Source of the DNA: Escherichia coli | GTDB lineage: Bacteria > Pseudomonadota > Gammaproteobacteria > Enterobacterales > Enterobacteriaceae | Direction: 5' to 3' (one strand) | Length of the DNA stretch: 51,502 nucleotides | NCBI RefSeq assembly: GCF_003334255.1 | Contig: NZ_QOWU01000037.1 | Shown here: piece after piece, positions 22,020 to 32,097 of the stretch | Position numbering within the stretch: the first letter of the stretch is position 1 | How the letters are laid out: each line of letters begins with the position of its first letter | Position numbers and translations under genes: made by a program | Notes under the pieces: model-generated | What the model was told of the DNA's origin: nothing | Database searches by the model: none | The model's input: the letters and a program-made list of their open reading frames with translations, nothing else

Positions 22020-22481
22020 CTATCTGCACTGCTCATTAATATACTTCTGGGTTCCTTCCAGTTGTTTTTGCATAGTGATCAGCCTCTCTCTGAGGGTGAA
22101 ATAATCCTGTTCAGCGGTGTCTGCCAGTCGGGGGGAGGCTGCATTATCCACGCCGGAGGCGGTGGTGGCTTCACGCACTGACTGACAGACTGCTTTGATG
22201 TGCAACCGACGACGACCAGCGGCAACATCATCACGCAGAGCATCATTTTCAGCTTTCGCATCAGCTAACTCCTTCGTGTATTTTGCATCGAGCGCAGCAA
22301 CATCACGCTGACGCATCTGCATGTCAGTAATTGCCGCGTTCGCCAGCTTCAGTTCTTTGGCATTTTTGTCGCGCTGGGCTTTATAGGTAATGGCGTTATC
22401 ACGGTAATGATTAACAGCCCATGACAGGCAGACGATGATGCAGATAACCAGAGCGGAGATAATCGCGGTTACTCTGTTCAT
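22020..22481 (-). CDS. Rz: Spanin inner-membrane subunit Rz
   Basis: [30 protein letters not shown]... near-identical to lambda Rz. Confidence 0.9.
   Translation of the reverse strand: MNRVTAIISALVICIIVCLSWAVNHYRDNAITYKAQRDKNAKELKLANAAITDMQMRQRDVAALDAKYTKELADAKAENDALRDDVAAGRRRLHIKAVCQSVREATTASGVDNAASPRLADTAEQDYFTLRERLITMQKQLEGTQKYINEQCR
22079..22261 (-). CDS. Rz1: Spanin outer-membrane lipoprotein Rz1 (embedded in Rz, +1 frame)
   Basis: [23 protein letters not shown]...PPPPP; lipobox VVGC. Confidence 0.85.
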   Translation of the reverse strand: MRKLKMMLCVMMLPLVVVGCTSKQSVSQCVKPPPPPAWIMQPPPDWQTPLNRIISPSERG

Positions 22482-22975
22482 TGCTGACCCCACAAACAGA
22501 TTTCACGCTCAATCTCACGACGAGTCATGAGACCTTTCCATTGCTTACCGCCAGCATATGTCCAGCGACGTAACTGATCACATGCGCCTTTGATATCGCC
22601 CTGGTTTATTTTGCGAAGAAGCGTCGATGTTCTGAAATTGCCAGCACCCACGTTGTAAACGAATGAGTAAAGAGCGCCGCGCGTTGTTTCCGGTATATCG
22701 ACTTCGATGTATGGGTTAATTTGTCTGGCGACAGTGGCAAGGTCTTTATTCAAGAGTGCTTTGCATTCTGCTTTGGTATACGTTTTACCGAGCATGATGT
22801 CTTTTCCTGTATGCCCGTGACATACGGTCCATACACCAACAATATCTTTGTATGGTATGTAGCTGACACCTTCCAGACCATCGTTACCACTTGGGCCAGT
22901 GATTAACACTGATGCTATAGCAATTGCTCCGCCACCAATAGCAGCAGCAACGGCTTTTCGTAATGATGGAGGCAT
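22478..22975 (-). CDS. SAR endolysin (phage 21 R-type lysozyme)
   Basis: N-terminal SAR helix [18 protein letters not shown] followed by lysozyme domain. Confidence 0.9.
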   Translation of the reverse strand: MPPSLRKAVAAAIGGGAIAIASVLITGPSGNDGLEGVSYIPYKDIVGVWTVCHGHTGKDIMLGKTYTKAECKALLNKDLATVARQINPYIEVDIPETTRGALYSFVYNVGAGNFRTSTLLRKINQGDIKGACDQLRRWTYAGGKQWKGLMTRREIEREICLWGQQ

Positions 22976-23190
22976 TATTCACCTCTCGCAGCCTTGCGCT
23001 TATCTTCTTTAATCTTGAAATAAAGGTTTGTCAGGTACGTCAGCAGGCCAAATACCAGGCTACCCAGCACACCTATTGCTGCCCACTGTGAGGGCGTGAC
23101 TTTATCGAGCAGCTGTAAAAACCAGTAACCGGCACTACCTGCTGAGGTGCCATAGGCGACACCCGTTGTTAACTTATCCATGGATTTCAT
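22975..23190 (-). CDS. Pinholin (phage 21 S-type holin)
   Basis: [26 protein letters not shown]...; start at ATG 23190 with gaggtg SD. Confidence 0.85.
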
Positions 23191-23778
23191 AACCCCACCT
23201 CGCAGACAAAGCGGGTGTAAATTGAGGGAATACAACGTATCGCAAAAAAGCAGAAACGTAACAGACTCGGAGTCAGTGAATAACTCAGGTATTGAGTTAT
23301 CAGCTAATATCGAGACTCAAAAAATGGAAAAACCAGCTCGACGGCGGGTTTAAGCTGTGTGACGAAGTAACCACTCTTAACAGCATAACCAATTTTTTAC
23401 GTACGTAAACCACTGAATGATATTTATGAGAATGCTACCGAGTGTTCAAAACACCACCACAAATACATAAGAAAACCTCAACAAATAACCAATAAATAAT
23501 TTCCGGCGTTATTTTTAGTTAATTTAAATTAAACCATCGAATTATAGACCCCCCATAAATAACAGCCATTAATATAAATTAGCTAATAGGTTTATTTTTG
23601 TTCAAATAAGAGCCATAAATAGGTTTCGATAGAAAAAGTTCAGATAAAAATAGAGATCTACTTCACAAATTAAATGAGAAACTAAAACTTACATCTTGAA
23701 ATAATCACATTGATTAGATGAATATTTATCGCGCAGTGACATCATTTTTTAATAATAGTTCAAAAAAAAGGGCTCACG

Positions 23779-24861
23779 ATGAAAAAATTAACAGTGGCAA
23801 TTTCTGCTGTAGCTGCATCAGTACTGATGGCGATGTCTGCTCAGGCAGCTGAAATTTATAATAAAGACAGTAACAAGCTGGATCTGTACGGGAAAGTTAA
23901 TGCTAAGCACTACTTCTCCTCTAATGATGCAGATGATGGTGATACTACTTATGCCCGTCTTGGCTTCAAAGGTGAAACCCAAATCAACGATCAACTGACT
24001 GGTTTCGGTCAGTGGGAATATGAATTCAAAGGCAACCGCGCTGAATCTCAAGGTTCCTCCAAAGATAAAACCCGTCTTGCCTTCGCTGGCCTGAAATTCG
24101 GTGACTACGGCTCCATCGATTACGGCCGTAACTACGGTGTAGCATACGACATCGGTGCGTGGACTGACGTCCTGCCAGAATTCGGTGGTGACACTTGGAC
24201 TCAAACAGATGTGTTCATGACTGGTCGCACCACTGGTGTTGCAACTTATCGTAACAACGACTTCTTTGGTCTGGTTGATGGTCTGAACTTTGCTGCTCAG
24301 TATCAGGGTAAAAATGACCGCACTGACGTAACTGAAGCTAATGGTGATGGTTTCGGTTTCTCCACTACTTATGAGTATGAAGGATTCGGTGTAGGTGCAA
24401 CCTATGCTAAATCTGATCGCACTAATAATCAGGTTATCTACGGTAACAACGGTCTGAATGCTTCTGGTCAAAATGCTGAAGTATGGGCAGCTGGTCTGAA
24501 ATATGATGCGAACAACATCTATCTGGCCACCACCTATTCTGAAACCCAGAACATGACTGTTTTTGGTAATAACCATATTGCCAACAAAGCACAAAACTTC
24601 GAAGCTGTTGCACAATATCAGTTCGACTTCGGCCTGCGTCCATCCGTTGCTTACCTGCATTCTAAAGGAAAAGACTTGGGTGTTTGGGGTGATCAGGACC
24701 TGGTTGAATATGTTGATGTAGGTGCAACCTATTACTTCAACAAAAATATGTCCACTTTTGTTGACTACAAAATCAACCTGATTGATAAGAGCGATTTCAC
24801 GAAAGCATCTGGCGTTGCTACCGATGATATCGTTGCTGTAGGTATGGTTTACCAGTTCTAA
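23779..24861 (+). CDS. Outer-membrane porin, prophage-encoded (NmpC/Lc/OmpC family)
   Basis: 360 aa; signal peptide ...AMSAQA; AEIYNKD...; C-terminal YQF; paralog of phoE in the window. Confidence 0.9.
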   Translation: MKKLTVAISAVAASVLMAMSAQAAEIYNKDSNKLDLYGKVNAKHYFSSNDADDGDTTYARLGFKGETQINDQLTGFGQWEYEFKGNRAESQGSSKDKTRLAFAGLKFGDYGSIDYGRNYGVAYDIGAWTDVLPEFGGDTWTQTDVFMTGRTTGVATYRNNDFFGLVDGLNFAAQYQGKNDRTDVTEANGDGFGFSTTYEYEGFGVGATYAKSDRTNNQVIYGNNGLNASGQNAEVWAAGLKYDANNIYLATTYSETQNMTVFGNNHIANKAQNFEAVAQYQFDFGLRPSVAYLHSKGKDLGVWGDQDLVEYVDVGATYYFNKNMSTFVDYKINLIDKSDFTKASGVATDDIVAVGMVYQF

Positions 24862-24997
24862 TTTGATTACTAAAAGATATGTTGTGGGAGGCTTTGCCTC
24901 CCCAACATATAAGTGGCTCCCTCAAGCCACTTCCTTTAGAAGCACAACCTTGCTTCTAACTATACAAACCTTCTGTTATATATTACCCTTTATTTTT

Positions 24998-25022
24998 GGG
25001 GGCGTTTCAACGCCCCATTTTT
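24998..25022 (+). terminator. Intrinsic terminator downstream of porin gene
   Basis: gggggcgtttcaacgcccc hairpin followed by attttt; preceded by three further hairpins (24879..24958). Confidence 0.5.
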
Positions 25023-25049
25023 AATAACTTTTAGTAAATAATTGGCGTA

Positions 25050-25433
25050 TTAATTAGAGTTATTAACAACGATATCCATCTCTAACCGGATATCTAATGC
25101 CATTAACATCCCTTCAATTATGCCCTCAGCCTTCTGTAACCTTTTCCCGATATAACCATCAGAGCAGCAATGCTTACCTGCCAGTGACATGAATGTCATA
25201 CCGACTACATAATAATCTACTAATAAATCGTGCAAATCGCTGTTGTTCTTTTTCAGACGGGCCATGCACCCGCAAATGATCATCGCGTCATCGTCACAAC
25301 ATTGCGGGCGAGATTTTACTTTTGAAGTAATTAATCCCTTAAAACCGGCGGCAATGGACGACCAGGTCACATCTTCATGATTATTAGCCGCCCACGCTCC
25401 CCAACGCTCAAGAACCATCTGAATATCACGCAT
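25050..25433 (-). CDS. Late-gene antiterminator Q (QuuD/phage 21-82 type)
   Basis: [21 protein letters not shown]...; start at ATG 25433. Confidence 0.85.
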   Translation of the reverse strand: MRDIQMVLERWGAWAANNHEDVTWSSIAAGFKGLITSKVKSRPQCCDDDAMIICGCMARLKKNNSDLHDLLVDYYVVGMTFMSLAGKHCCSDGYIGKRLQKAEGIIEGMLMALDIRLEMDIVVNNSN

Positions 25434-25655
25434 CAACTTACTCCACAAAAATCAGACCAGAACGCCAATTACAAGCAAAAATCAACAAAACAGTATTAGT
25501 TGATTGTTATCTCTGACTTCATACTCCTGCTCCTGTCAGGGTTTTGGCGTAATTCTTCAGTATTCGGTAATCGGTCAAAACAGAACCGGGGAAACGATAT
25601 AAGCGCAGACGCCCCCAGCGGTGGCGAAGAAGTTCTGCCATATTAAACTCAAACA

Positions 25656-26018
25656 TCATTCATTCCCCATTTCGGTGATGGTCAGTTCCAGCCTCCCACC
25701 TTTGGTAACAGGCATCTTCACAACACGGTAATCAACGACCTGAGCATCATCCAGCCAGAAACCTGCTTTGGTGAGTGCGTCAAAAGCGGCTTTTTGCAGA
25801 TTATCCAGGTCACGGCGACGGCGATCCGGCATGTGGCACTCAATACGGATTTTCACTGGCATAGCCAGGCCGATATCCAGCATGGAGCCTTTGATGATTC
25901 GGGCGACGTTATCGCGGTATGCCTGCCCTTCTGCGCTGACGTGCGTGCGCCCGCGATTATGGCGGTAATAGCGATTATTGCTCGGAGGCCAGGGTAATGT
26001 GATGCTGTAGGTATTCAC
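25656..26018 (-). CDS. rusA: Holliday-junction resolvase RusA
   Basis: 120 aa [27 protein letters not shown]... matches RusA. Confidence 0.9.
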   Translation of the reverse strand: MNTYSITLPWPPSNNRYYRHNRGRTHVSAEGQAYRDNVARIIKGSMLDIGLAMPVKIRIECHMPDRRRRDLDNLQKAAFDALTKAGFWLDDAQVVDYRVVKMPVTKGGRLELTITEMGNE

Positions 26019-26305
26019 GCCTTAATTACCCCCTCTTTCAGCCAGATAACCTGCGTTCTCGCCATACCTTCCAGCGCGCATTCTTTTGCATATCCAGCGT
26101 CAACAAAATGCGTGCGGCGGTCGATTTCGTCGTGGCAGGCAGAACATGCAATGGTGGCAATCAGGTCTGGCGGTTTCGTACCGGTGCCGCACAATCCAGT
26201 CAGCCGGATATGTGCCAGTACAGACGTTTCAGGGTTGCCATTACATACGCCAGGGATTCTTACCTGGCATTCCCGACCACGCGCTGCTTTTCTCAAATCA
26301 GCCAT
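26015..26305 (-). CDS. DUF1364/YbcO-like nin-region protein
   Basis: Cys-rich [14 protein letters not shown]...CSACHDEID; start at ATG 26305. Confidence 0.65.
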   Translation of the reverse strand: MADLRKAARGRECQVRIPGVCNGNPETSVLAHIRLTGLCGTGTKPPDLIATIACSACHDEIDRRTHFVDAGYAKECALEGMARTQVIWLKEGVIKA

Positions 26306-26468
26306 GATTCCTCCTTGCTGCCAGTCGCAACCATTTTTTATCAACCAGGCTAGCGGTATATCCGAGCAGTGTTGGTATTTCGGATGGTTTCAGCTCAGGC
26401 TTACGCTTACGACGATTTGGTACTCTGTAGATGTGTCCGTTCATGACACGAATAAGCGGTGTAGCCAT
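26298..26468 (-). CDS. NinE-like small basic protein (56 aa)
   Basis: Below ORF-track cutoff; [24 protein letters not shown]...[11 protein letters not shown]; TAATG coupling with upstream gene. Confidence 0.45.
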   Translation of the reverse strand: MATPLIRVMNGHIYRVPNRRKRKPELKPSEIPTLLGYTASLVDKKWLRLAARRNHG

Positions 26469-26923
26469 TACGCCTCCTGCTTGTCGCGCAGCAGCTGGAA
26501 CTCGCAGCTCTGCGGAATAGTCAGGTGGCAGCCAATATTCATCGCCCAGGCTTCAACCTTACACAGGAAGACATACATCTCTCCGCTATCAAGATTGGAG
26601 GTATGACGTAATGACTGAATGGTGGTGATTTCACCGGTTACGACATCAACCAGTTCTTTGGTTTCATAACCGAGATAAGTGTGTTTGAGAGCATCTTTTA
26701 CCCAAGCTGGAGTGGCGAACGTTTTACCCCTGCTGATGAGGTATTCACTGATTTCGCTGTACCACATGTGGCTGAGTGCATTCTGGGAAAGACTGCGTCT
26801 CTCGCGCCACGGTTTAAGCACCATGCGAAAGCATTTGCCGTCCTCCAGATAAGGCTGGATCTGCTGGCCGATAGCGGTGAAGTTACCGCGATGCAATTTG
26901 ATACCATCTTGTGGGAGGTTCAC
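26468..26923 (-). CDS. YbcN-like nin-region protein (DUF1367-like)
   Basis: 151 aa; ggaggtga SD; DLP12 ybcN-like by recall. Confidence 0.65.
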   Translation of the reverse strand: MNLPQDGIKLHRGNFTAIGQQIQPYLEDGKCFRMVLKPWRERRSLSQNALSHMWYSEISEYLISRGKTFATPAWVKDALKHTYLGYETKELVDVVTGEITTIQSLRHTSNLDSGEMYVFLCKVEAWAMNIGCHLTIPQSCEFQLLRDKQEA

Positions 26924-27110
26924 GCTTCACCTCCGCAGAGATCAAACGCTGGATGCAAAATATCGCAGGTGCATTTCTGCATCTGTGAATGGAGAAGAGA
27001 GGTTGGATTGTATGTGCGCATAAACGTCCCCGTTTAGCGCAGAAGTCACCGGAGTTGTTCAGGCTCCGATGACATGATTATGGCGGGTTGATTATGGAAA
27101 ATCAATCAAG

Positions 27111-27620
27111 CTATGTTTCATCGGCGAGGTCATCATCTGTGACAATCATGAGGTTAAAGAATGAAATAATGTTTAACCACTGCGAGTAAATATCGCTCGT
27201 CATGCTGGTTAGCTCCTCTCCGTGAAAGAAGGCATCAGGCCCAACCTCATAGTTGAGCTCTTCAAAAAGCTCCATGTTTAATTGGCTAATAAAGAATTGC
27301 TTCAGACCTTTCATTGCATCCTGATTGTTGGTATCTGAGTAATTTATTATGCTCCCCATTGCCATGTTCAAACATCGAACAATATTGGCTGCGTCATGAA
27401 AGCTCCAGTCAGCCCCTTTCTTTCCTTTTGAGTATGAATTCGCTCTCTCAGCGCAAGCTTTTAATGTCTCGTACAAATACTGCTTTCCTTGCAACTGCAA
27501 AGCTTTTTCGGATGTGGCCCTGCTAGCTTCTGAGGATCGCCATGCTAAATAAGTTGCTACCGCAGATGCGATAGCTGCAATCGCAGAAACTGCATCTATA
27601 CCGTTATCCCAACCAGACAT
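27111..27620 (-). CDS. Hypothetical single-pass membrane protein (169 aa), low GC
   Basis: N-terminal hydrophobic helix AVSAIAAIASAVATYLAW, no recognised domain; AT-richer than flanks by eye. Confidence 0.55.
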   Translation of the reverse strand: MSGWDNGIDAVSAIAAIASAVATYLAWRSSEASRATSEKALQLQGKQYLYETLKACAERANSYSKGKKGADWSFHDAANIVRCLNMAMGSIINYSDTNNQDAMKGLKQFFISQLNMELFEELNYEVGPDAFFHGEELTSMTSDIYSQWLNIISFFNLMIVTDDDLADET

Positions 27621-27646
27621 AAAAACCCCCTCGATTATTTGAGGGG
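27621..27646 (-). terminator. Intrinsic terminator-like hairpin immediately upstream of the 169-aa gene start
   Basis: Minus-strand cccctcaaataatcgaggggg followed by ttttt, abutting the ATG. Confidence 0.4.
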
Positions 27647-27669
27647 ATTATACCTTCAAAGTTTCCGCG

Positions 27670-27891
27670 CTACCCATTCATAACTAAAGCTTTTGCTTTC
27701 CAATGAGAAAGCGCGCTATGTTCGCTAGAACCTGTTTCGACTATATGGCGCCCCCAGGAATCTCCCCATGCTCTCCACGTTGACTTGCCGGTTTGGACTA
27801 CTGTGACAACATACTCTTTGCCGTCGATGTTAACTTCATGCTGCACTGGTGATTGTGATTTCATTTTCAAACCTCTGCTTATCGTTGACAT
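27670..27891 (-). CDS. Hypothetical small protein (73 aa)
   Basis: ORF; Trp-rich motif WRAWGDSWGRH; no recognised family. Confidence 0.45.
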   Translation of the reverse strand: MSTISRGLKMKSQSPVQHEVNIDGKEYVVTVVQTGKSTWRAWGDSWGRHIVETGSSEHSALSHWKAKALVMNG

Positions 27892-27915
27892 CGCAATTAT
27901 GCTGTCACGACATAA

Positions 27916-28722
27916 TCACTTCGCCTCCTGCTGCGGTGCTGCTGCGATCATGGCCTTCCATTGGTGGTCTGGGCTCCATAATCTACCGCCATCTTCACAC
28001 TCTTCCTGCGCCTGATGGTACGCCTCACGCATTTCTGGAGTTGGCTCCTTAGGAACCAGCACCCAACCATCCGGAATCACCGGAGAGTTGCTGACGGGCG
28101 ACTCGGAAATTTTTGGCGAAGAATCTAGGGCTGGCGCGGTCTGCATGGTGGTGGGCGACTCGGCTTTTTCGGCACCCTGAAGCATGGCGTCGCGGCATCC
28201 GTCATACGCTTCTTTCATAGCATCACGCACCCATCCGACAGGTTTCTGCTCAGTCAACTCACACCATTTCTCGAATGTGGGCACAGATACCGGAACTGGC
28301 GGTGCTGCATAAAGCGCCTGACAACTCCAGCCAGACCAGTGAGCACCCTCCGCTCTCTCATCATCTTCAGGGCGAACAAGCGTGACTTCGCTCGGGTGTT
28401 TCCTGTGTGACCACAGCCAGGCTACGGTTTCGGCATTGGCTGGCTCTGGCGGGGCGGAGTAAAAATACTCATCCTCAATCCCATCAACGGGCTTTGAGAA
28501 GCCGATAAAATCACCATAATGCCAAGGATAGGGGCCGTATGGCTCAGAGGTCACACGACGCCACCGGTGAATGGCAGGCTCCGCTTCGAGCGATGCCAGC
28601 GCGATACGCAGTGCCGCCAGCGTGTTGCTGTCGCCTTCGTCCAGACCGAACGGGATTTCATCTCTGGCTGCTTCCATGTCGGCAATTTTCTGCTGCAGCC
28701 ATTGTTTGGTAATAGTGCTCAT
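27916..28722 (-). CDS. Hypothetical prophage protein (possibly DUF550/DUF551-type)
   Basis: 268 aa, Pro/Trp-rich; ATGA overlap with downstream ead-like gene. Confidence 0.55.
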   Translation of the reverse strand: MSTITKQWLQQKIADMEAARDEIPFGLDEGDSNTLAALRIALASLEAEPAIHRWRRVTSEPYGPYPWHYGDFIGFSKPVDGIEDEYFYSAPPEPANAETVAWLWSHRKHPSEVTLVRPEDDERAEGAHWSGWSCQALYAAPPVPVSVPTFEKWCELTEQKPVGWVRDAMKEAYDGCRDAMLQGAEKAESPTTMQTAPALDSSPKISESPVSNSPVIPDGWVLVPKEPTPEMREAYHQAQEECEDGGRLWSPDHQWKAMIAAAPQQEAK

Positions 28723-29132
28723 GATGCCTCTCCTTTACCGGATGCGGCGGCGATCAGCTTCTGCGCCTGCTGAATGTCAGGATTGCCTGCAATCATCACT
28801 TCTGGCGCGTCACAGTCACCGCCAAGGTCAAGAATGCGCTCATGTCCGGTACGCAGGCAGGATTTGTATCCTGAAACCGTCTGCTTGAGCGATTCGGTCA
28901 GCACAGCAATCCTCTGGTCTTTGGCTTCCAGCTCATCCAGCAGCGCCAGCACTGTGGCTGGGTTGGCTACGGAGTTCAGCGCGTTCAAGGCAGTGATATC
29001 TGCATCAAGCTGAGTTCCTTCTGCCAGTGAGATATCGAAAATGTCATCAGGCGGCATAACACTAAGGCGCTCATGTGCACCAACTGCTGCCTCAGCGATT
29101 TCACGTAATGCGCGTTTGTCGATGTTGCTCAT
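28719..29132 (-). CDS. ead/Ea22-like protein
   Basis: 137 aa starting MSNIDK; coiled-coil-like. Confidence 0.55.
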   Translation of the reverse strand: MSNIDKRALREIAEAAVGAHERLSVMPPDDIFDISLAEGTQLDADITALNALNSVANPATVLALLDELEAKDQRIAVLTESLKQTVSGYKSCLRTGHERILDLGGDCDAPEVMIAGNPDIQQAQKLIAAASGKGEAS

Positions 29133-29147
29133 TCTTCATCCTCCAAC

Positions 29148-29360
29148 TCAGATACGGCGTCCATTACATCTGAGCCGCGAATGGTTTCGAATGCCACACA
29201 AGACCATTTCAAAGCACAGGCGCTCATGCGGGTGCGGAGATTGCCAATACTTGAAGCCAGGACGATGCGAATAGCCCTGCATCGCATAAAACTCTCCGGC
29301 CAATTCAATGGCGGCATCCACCAGTTCACGGTTTGTCATTGGTTTGTCGATGTTGCTCAT
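29148..29360 (-). CDS. Hypothetical protein with ead-like N-terminus (paralogous start)
   Basis: Starts MSNIDK; 19-nt identical 5' end with the neighbouring gene (29114..29132 vs 29342..29360). Confidence 0.45.
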   Translation of the reverse strand: MSNIDKPMTNRELVDAAIELAGEFYAMQGYSHRPGFKYWQSPHPHERLCFEMVLCGIRNHSRLRCNGRRI

Positions 29361-29557
29361 TGGGCGGCCTCCTGGATTAACTTTTCGAGAATGGCATCAA
29401 GGGCTTTCCGTTTTCCGATATACCCGCCACCAACCCACTCTCCACGAAGCAAGGCGTAATATTTCCCGTCGTCTTCGTGATACGGTCCTCGGATAGACCA
29501 GTCGGTTGTGATGGCGTCGATAGCCTTTTTAGTTTCTGCGAAATCCATCATGCTCAT
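29357..29557 (-). CDS. Hypothetical protein
   Basis: ORF 29357..29614; start placed at MSMMDFAE (29557), directly after ren stop. Confidence 0.45.
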   Translation of the reverse strand: MSMMDFAETKKAIDAITTDWSIRGPYHEDDGKYYALLRGEWVGGGYIGKRKALDAILEKLIQEAAQ

Positions 29558-29847
29558 ACCCCTACCCTCCCCCAAACCATCAACACCCGCTTCATCGCGG
29601 CACTCTGGCGACACTCCTTAAAAATCAGGTTAGTGCTCACCTTTCCTTCCCGTTCTTCCCTGGTAGCGAATCTGTAATACACCGTTCGCCAGACCTTACC
29701 ATCTATGACCAAGATTCCTGCCCGCGCCATTTTAGCCGCAGCCTGATTTATGCTGGTTACTGTTGCGCCTGTTACCGCGGCAACGTCCAGCGCACAGAAG
29801 CTCTTATGCGTCCCCAGGTAATAAATAATTGCCTCTTTACCCGTCAT
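29554..29847 (-). CDS. ren: Ren protein (lambda Ren-like)
   Basis: MTGKEAIIYYLGTHKSFCALDVAAVTGATVTSINQAAAKMARAG... near-identical to lambda Ren. Confidence 0.85.
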   Translation of the reverse strand: MTGKEAIIYYLGTHKSFCALDVAAVTGATVTSINQAAAKMARAGILVIDGKVWRTVYYRFATREEREGKVSTNLIFKECRQSAAMKRVLMVWGRVGV

Positions 29848-30545
29848 ACACTTGCTCCTTTCAGCCCAAACTTAGCTTTGATTTCTGCGATCTTCGCCAG
29901 AGCCTGTGCACGATTTAGAGGTCTACCGCCCATAACAGGAAGTTGTTTTACTGGTTCAGGTATCGTCTCACCACGGTTAATTCGCGCTGTCATACAGGTC
30001 AGTTCATCGGCAGCCTTGCGCCGTAATTCCGCGTCAGTCAGCGCATTGGCCCGCATGTTCTGGTACAAGTTGGTAACCAACCAGTAATGCGCGTTCGATT
30101 TCCACGGATAAGACTCTGCATCCGGATACAGGCCACGCTTCCGGCAATACTCGTAAACCATATCAACCAGCTCGCTGACGTTTGGCAGCCCGGCGTTAAC
30201 AGATGCTTCTTCCCGGCACCAGGCGACAAACTGCCCGGGTGATGGCAGGAATGGTCGATTCTGCCGACGGGCTACGCGCATTCCAGCGTTAACCTGTTCC
30301 ATTGTGGTGATCCCGTTTTCCCGGAAAGCCAGAACCCACTGGCGACGGATTTCGTTCAGTTCATTCTGGTCACGGTTAGCCAGGCTCGCCGGGAAAGTTG
30401 CCAGTAACTGGCTGAACACACCGTTGATGATCTGCGCTACCTGCTGTACCTGTGGCTTTTCGTCGTACTGTTCCGGCATGTTGTTGGCGATCCGGCGCAT
30501 CTGCTCACAGTCAAAGTTAACCATCTGTGCGGCGATGTTTTTCAT
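29844..30545 (-). CDS. P: Replication protein P (DnaB helicase loader)
   Basis: 233 aa, MKNIAAQMVNFDCEQMRRIANNMPEQYDEK... near-identical to lambda P. Confidence 0.95.
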   Translation of the reverse strand: MKNIAAQMVNFDCEQMRRIANNMPEQYDEKPQVQQVAQIINGVFSQLLATFPASLANRDQNELNEIRRQWVLAFRENGITTMEQVNAGMRVARRQNRPFLPSPGQFVAWCREEASVNAGLPNVSELVDMVYEYCRKRGLYPDAESYPWKSNAHYWLVTNLYQNMRANALTDAELRRKAADELTCMTARINRGETIPEPVKQLPVMGGRPLNRAQALAKIAEIKAKFGLKGASV

Positions 30546-31471
30546 AGCTCCACCCCGTAAATCCAGTCAGTGTTCGTCAGGTCGAGTTTTGGTTTGCCGG
30601 CTGTCACGCCAGCCTGTTGCTTGTTTCGGTTGATTTCGAGCTGGGTCCACTTGTCGCGGAGTTTGGCCGGACTTAGCACGTTACCGGACCAGAAGTTGTC
30701 CTGGCATGCCCAGCGGAACAGCACGCACATGTCGCGGTGGTTACGTCCGTCACGTTCACGCATCAGGCGGATATCGTTAGCCCACCCAGCAAAATTCGGT
30801 TTTCTGGCTGATGGCGCGATGGTCTTCACCATGTCAAACATCCACTCTGCGGCGGTCAGGTCTTCTGCTGTCCCCCACTTGCTGCCGCTCTGAATTGCAG
30901 CATCTGGTTTCACCACAGGAAGATCGTTTTCTGGTTGGTCAGAGGATTCGCCAGAATTCTCGGACGAAAAAGGTTTTATATTGTCTTTTGTTAGTTTGTC
31001 TTTTGTGTTTACCTGATTCGGGTAAACGCCTTTACCTGATTTGGGTAAACTTTTTTTACCTGATTCAGGTAAATTTACCTCTTTCAGGTAAACTTTATTT
31101 TTCTTACCTGATTCGGGTAATGTTGACCATTCACTGACCACATTATTAATGCCGGTATTCCGCCCGCTCTGAATAAAAATCCCACGCTTTACCAGAACAC
31201 TTTTTGCAGCAGAACACTTGTGCGGCAATATCCCGGTTAATTCGGAAAGTTGCTCGTTGCTAACCCAATCCAGTTTTTTATTAAAGCCATATGTTTTGCG
31301 CATGACAGCCAGAAAGACCAGAAGCTGGTGCTGTGTTAATCCGGCCAGCATCACAGCTTCCAGCAACTCATTTGCAATGCGCGTATAACCATCATCGAGA
31401 TCTGCCACGCGCGGCTCCTTTTGTGCCGCATCCGGCACTGGAAAATTGAATATCTCAGCAGTGTTTGCCAT
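30542..31471 (-). CDS. O: Replication initiator O
   Basis: C-terminal half near-identical to lambda O; start placed at ATG 31471 (MANTAEIF) with ggagg SD; iterons internal. Confidence 0.85.
   Translation of the reverse strand: MANTAEIFNFPVPDAAQKEPRVADLDDGYTRIANELLEAVMLAGLTQHQLLVFLAVMRKTYGFNKKLDWVSNEQLSELTGILPHKCSAAKSVLVKRGIFIQSGRNTGINNVVSEWSTLPESGKKNKVYLKEVNLPESGKKSLPKSGKGVYPNQVNTKDKLTKDNIKPFSSENSGESSDQPENDLPVVKPDAAIQSGSKWGTAEDLTAAEWMFDMVKTIAPSARKPNFAGWANDIRLMRERDGRNHRDMCVLFRWACQDNFWSGNVLSPAKLRDKWTQLEINRNKQQAGVTAGKPKLDLTNTDWIYGVEL
31008..31120. repeat. ori iterons (5 x ~19 bp, O-binding sites) with adjacent AT-rich region 30960..31007
   Basis: ttacctgattcgggtaaac and four variants in tandem inside O coding sequence. 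Confidence 0.75.
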
Positions 31472-31557
31472 AATTCCTCCCGCAATGAGTGTGTTACGAT
31501 TTGCACCTGAAAGTCGGTTCTGTTCCAGCAGACCGGCTTTCGCCATTTCTGAACCTG

Positions 31558-32097
31558 TCATATCGCCCCCAGCATGGTAGTAACCATCGCCATCAATGGA
31601 CCAGCCAGATCTGGGTCCACACGAAACATCGACACAATACCTTCACTAATTTCCTTCAGTTTCTGGTGGCGTGGTGCGTTGAGAATGACAGCCTGTTTTG
31701 CCTCACTGAGTTCCTTTTCCATTTCAGCCAACCTAGCCATGAAGCTATCCTGCTCAACCAGGTAACCGCGATATTCCAGCGGTAGTACCGCCAGAATTGC
31801 CGGGGTCAGTTCACGCACGTTATTTCGGTATTTTTCAGAATCGAATTTGTTATCGAGGAAGCGGAACAGCTTCTGGCGTGCACGGCTGACATCATCAGGG
31901 AAATCGATGGTGCCGCCGCCCTGCTCCCGATACTCATTCACAATGAGTGTGGCAACGACATCCTGATTATCTACAGCCGACCAGGCGCGGACGGCATCAC
32001 GGATTTTTTCGTGGCCTGGCACCTGTTTTGTTTGAGAACGATTTATCACCGCAGTCGGGCTAAATCCGCTAGTCTGTTGGTATGTAAGTGGTTGCAT
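31558..32097 (-). CDS. YdaT-family protein (CII-position regulator)
   Basis: 179 aa; motifs NEYREQGGG and LTPAILAVLPLEYR resemble Rac YdaT by recall. Confidence 0.6.
   Translation of the reverse strand: MQPLTYQQTSGFSPTAVINRSQTKQVPGHEKIRDAVRAWSAVDNQDVVATLIVNEYREQGGGTIDFPDDVSRARQKLFRFLDNKFDSEKYRNNVRELTPAILAVLPLEYRGYLVEQDSFMARLAEMEKELSEAKQAVILNAPRHQKLKEISEGIVSMFRVDPDLAGPLMAMVTTMLGAI

Noticed and set aside
23818-24660. 280-aa antisense ORF inside the porin gene
   Set aside because: Fully overlaps a well-supported porin CDS on the opposite strand; low-complexity translation; typical shadow ORF
31008-31120. Tandem ~19-bp direct repeats that could be mistaken for a CRISPR array
   Set aside because: Repeats are contiguous or near-contiguous without unique spacers, lie inside the O gene and match the lambdoid ori-iteron pattern
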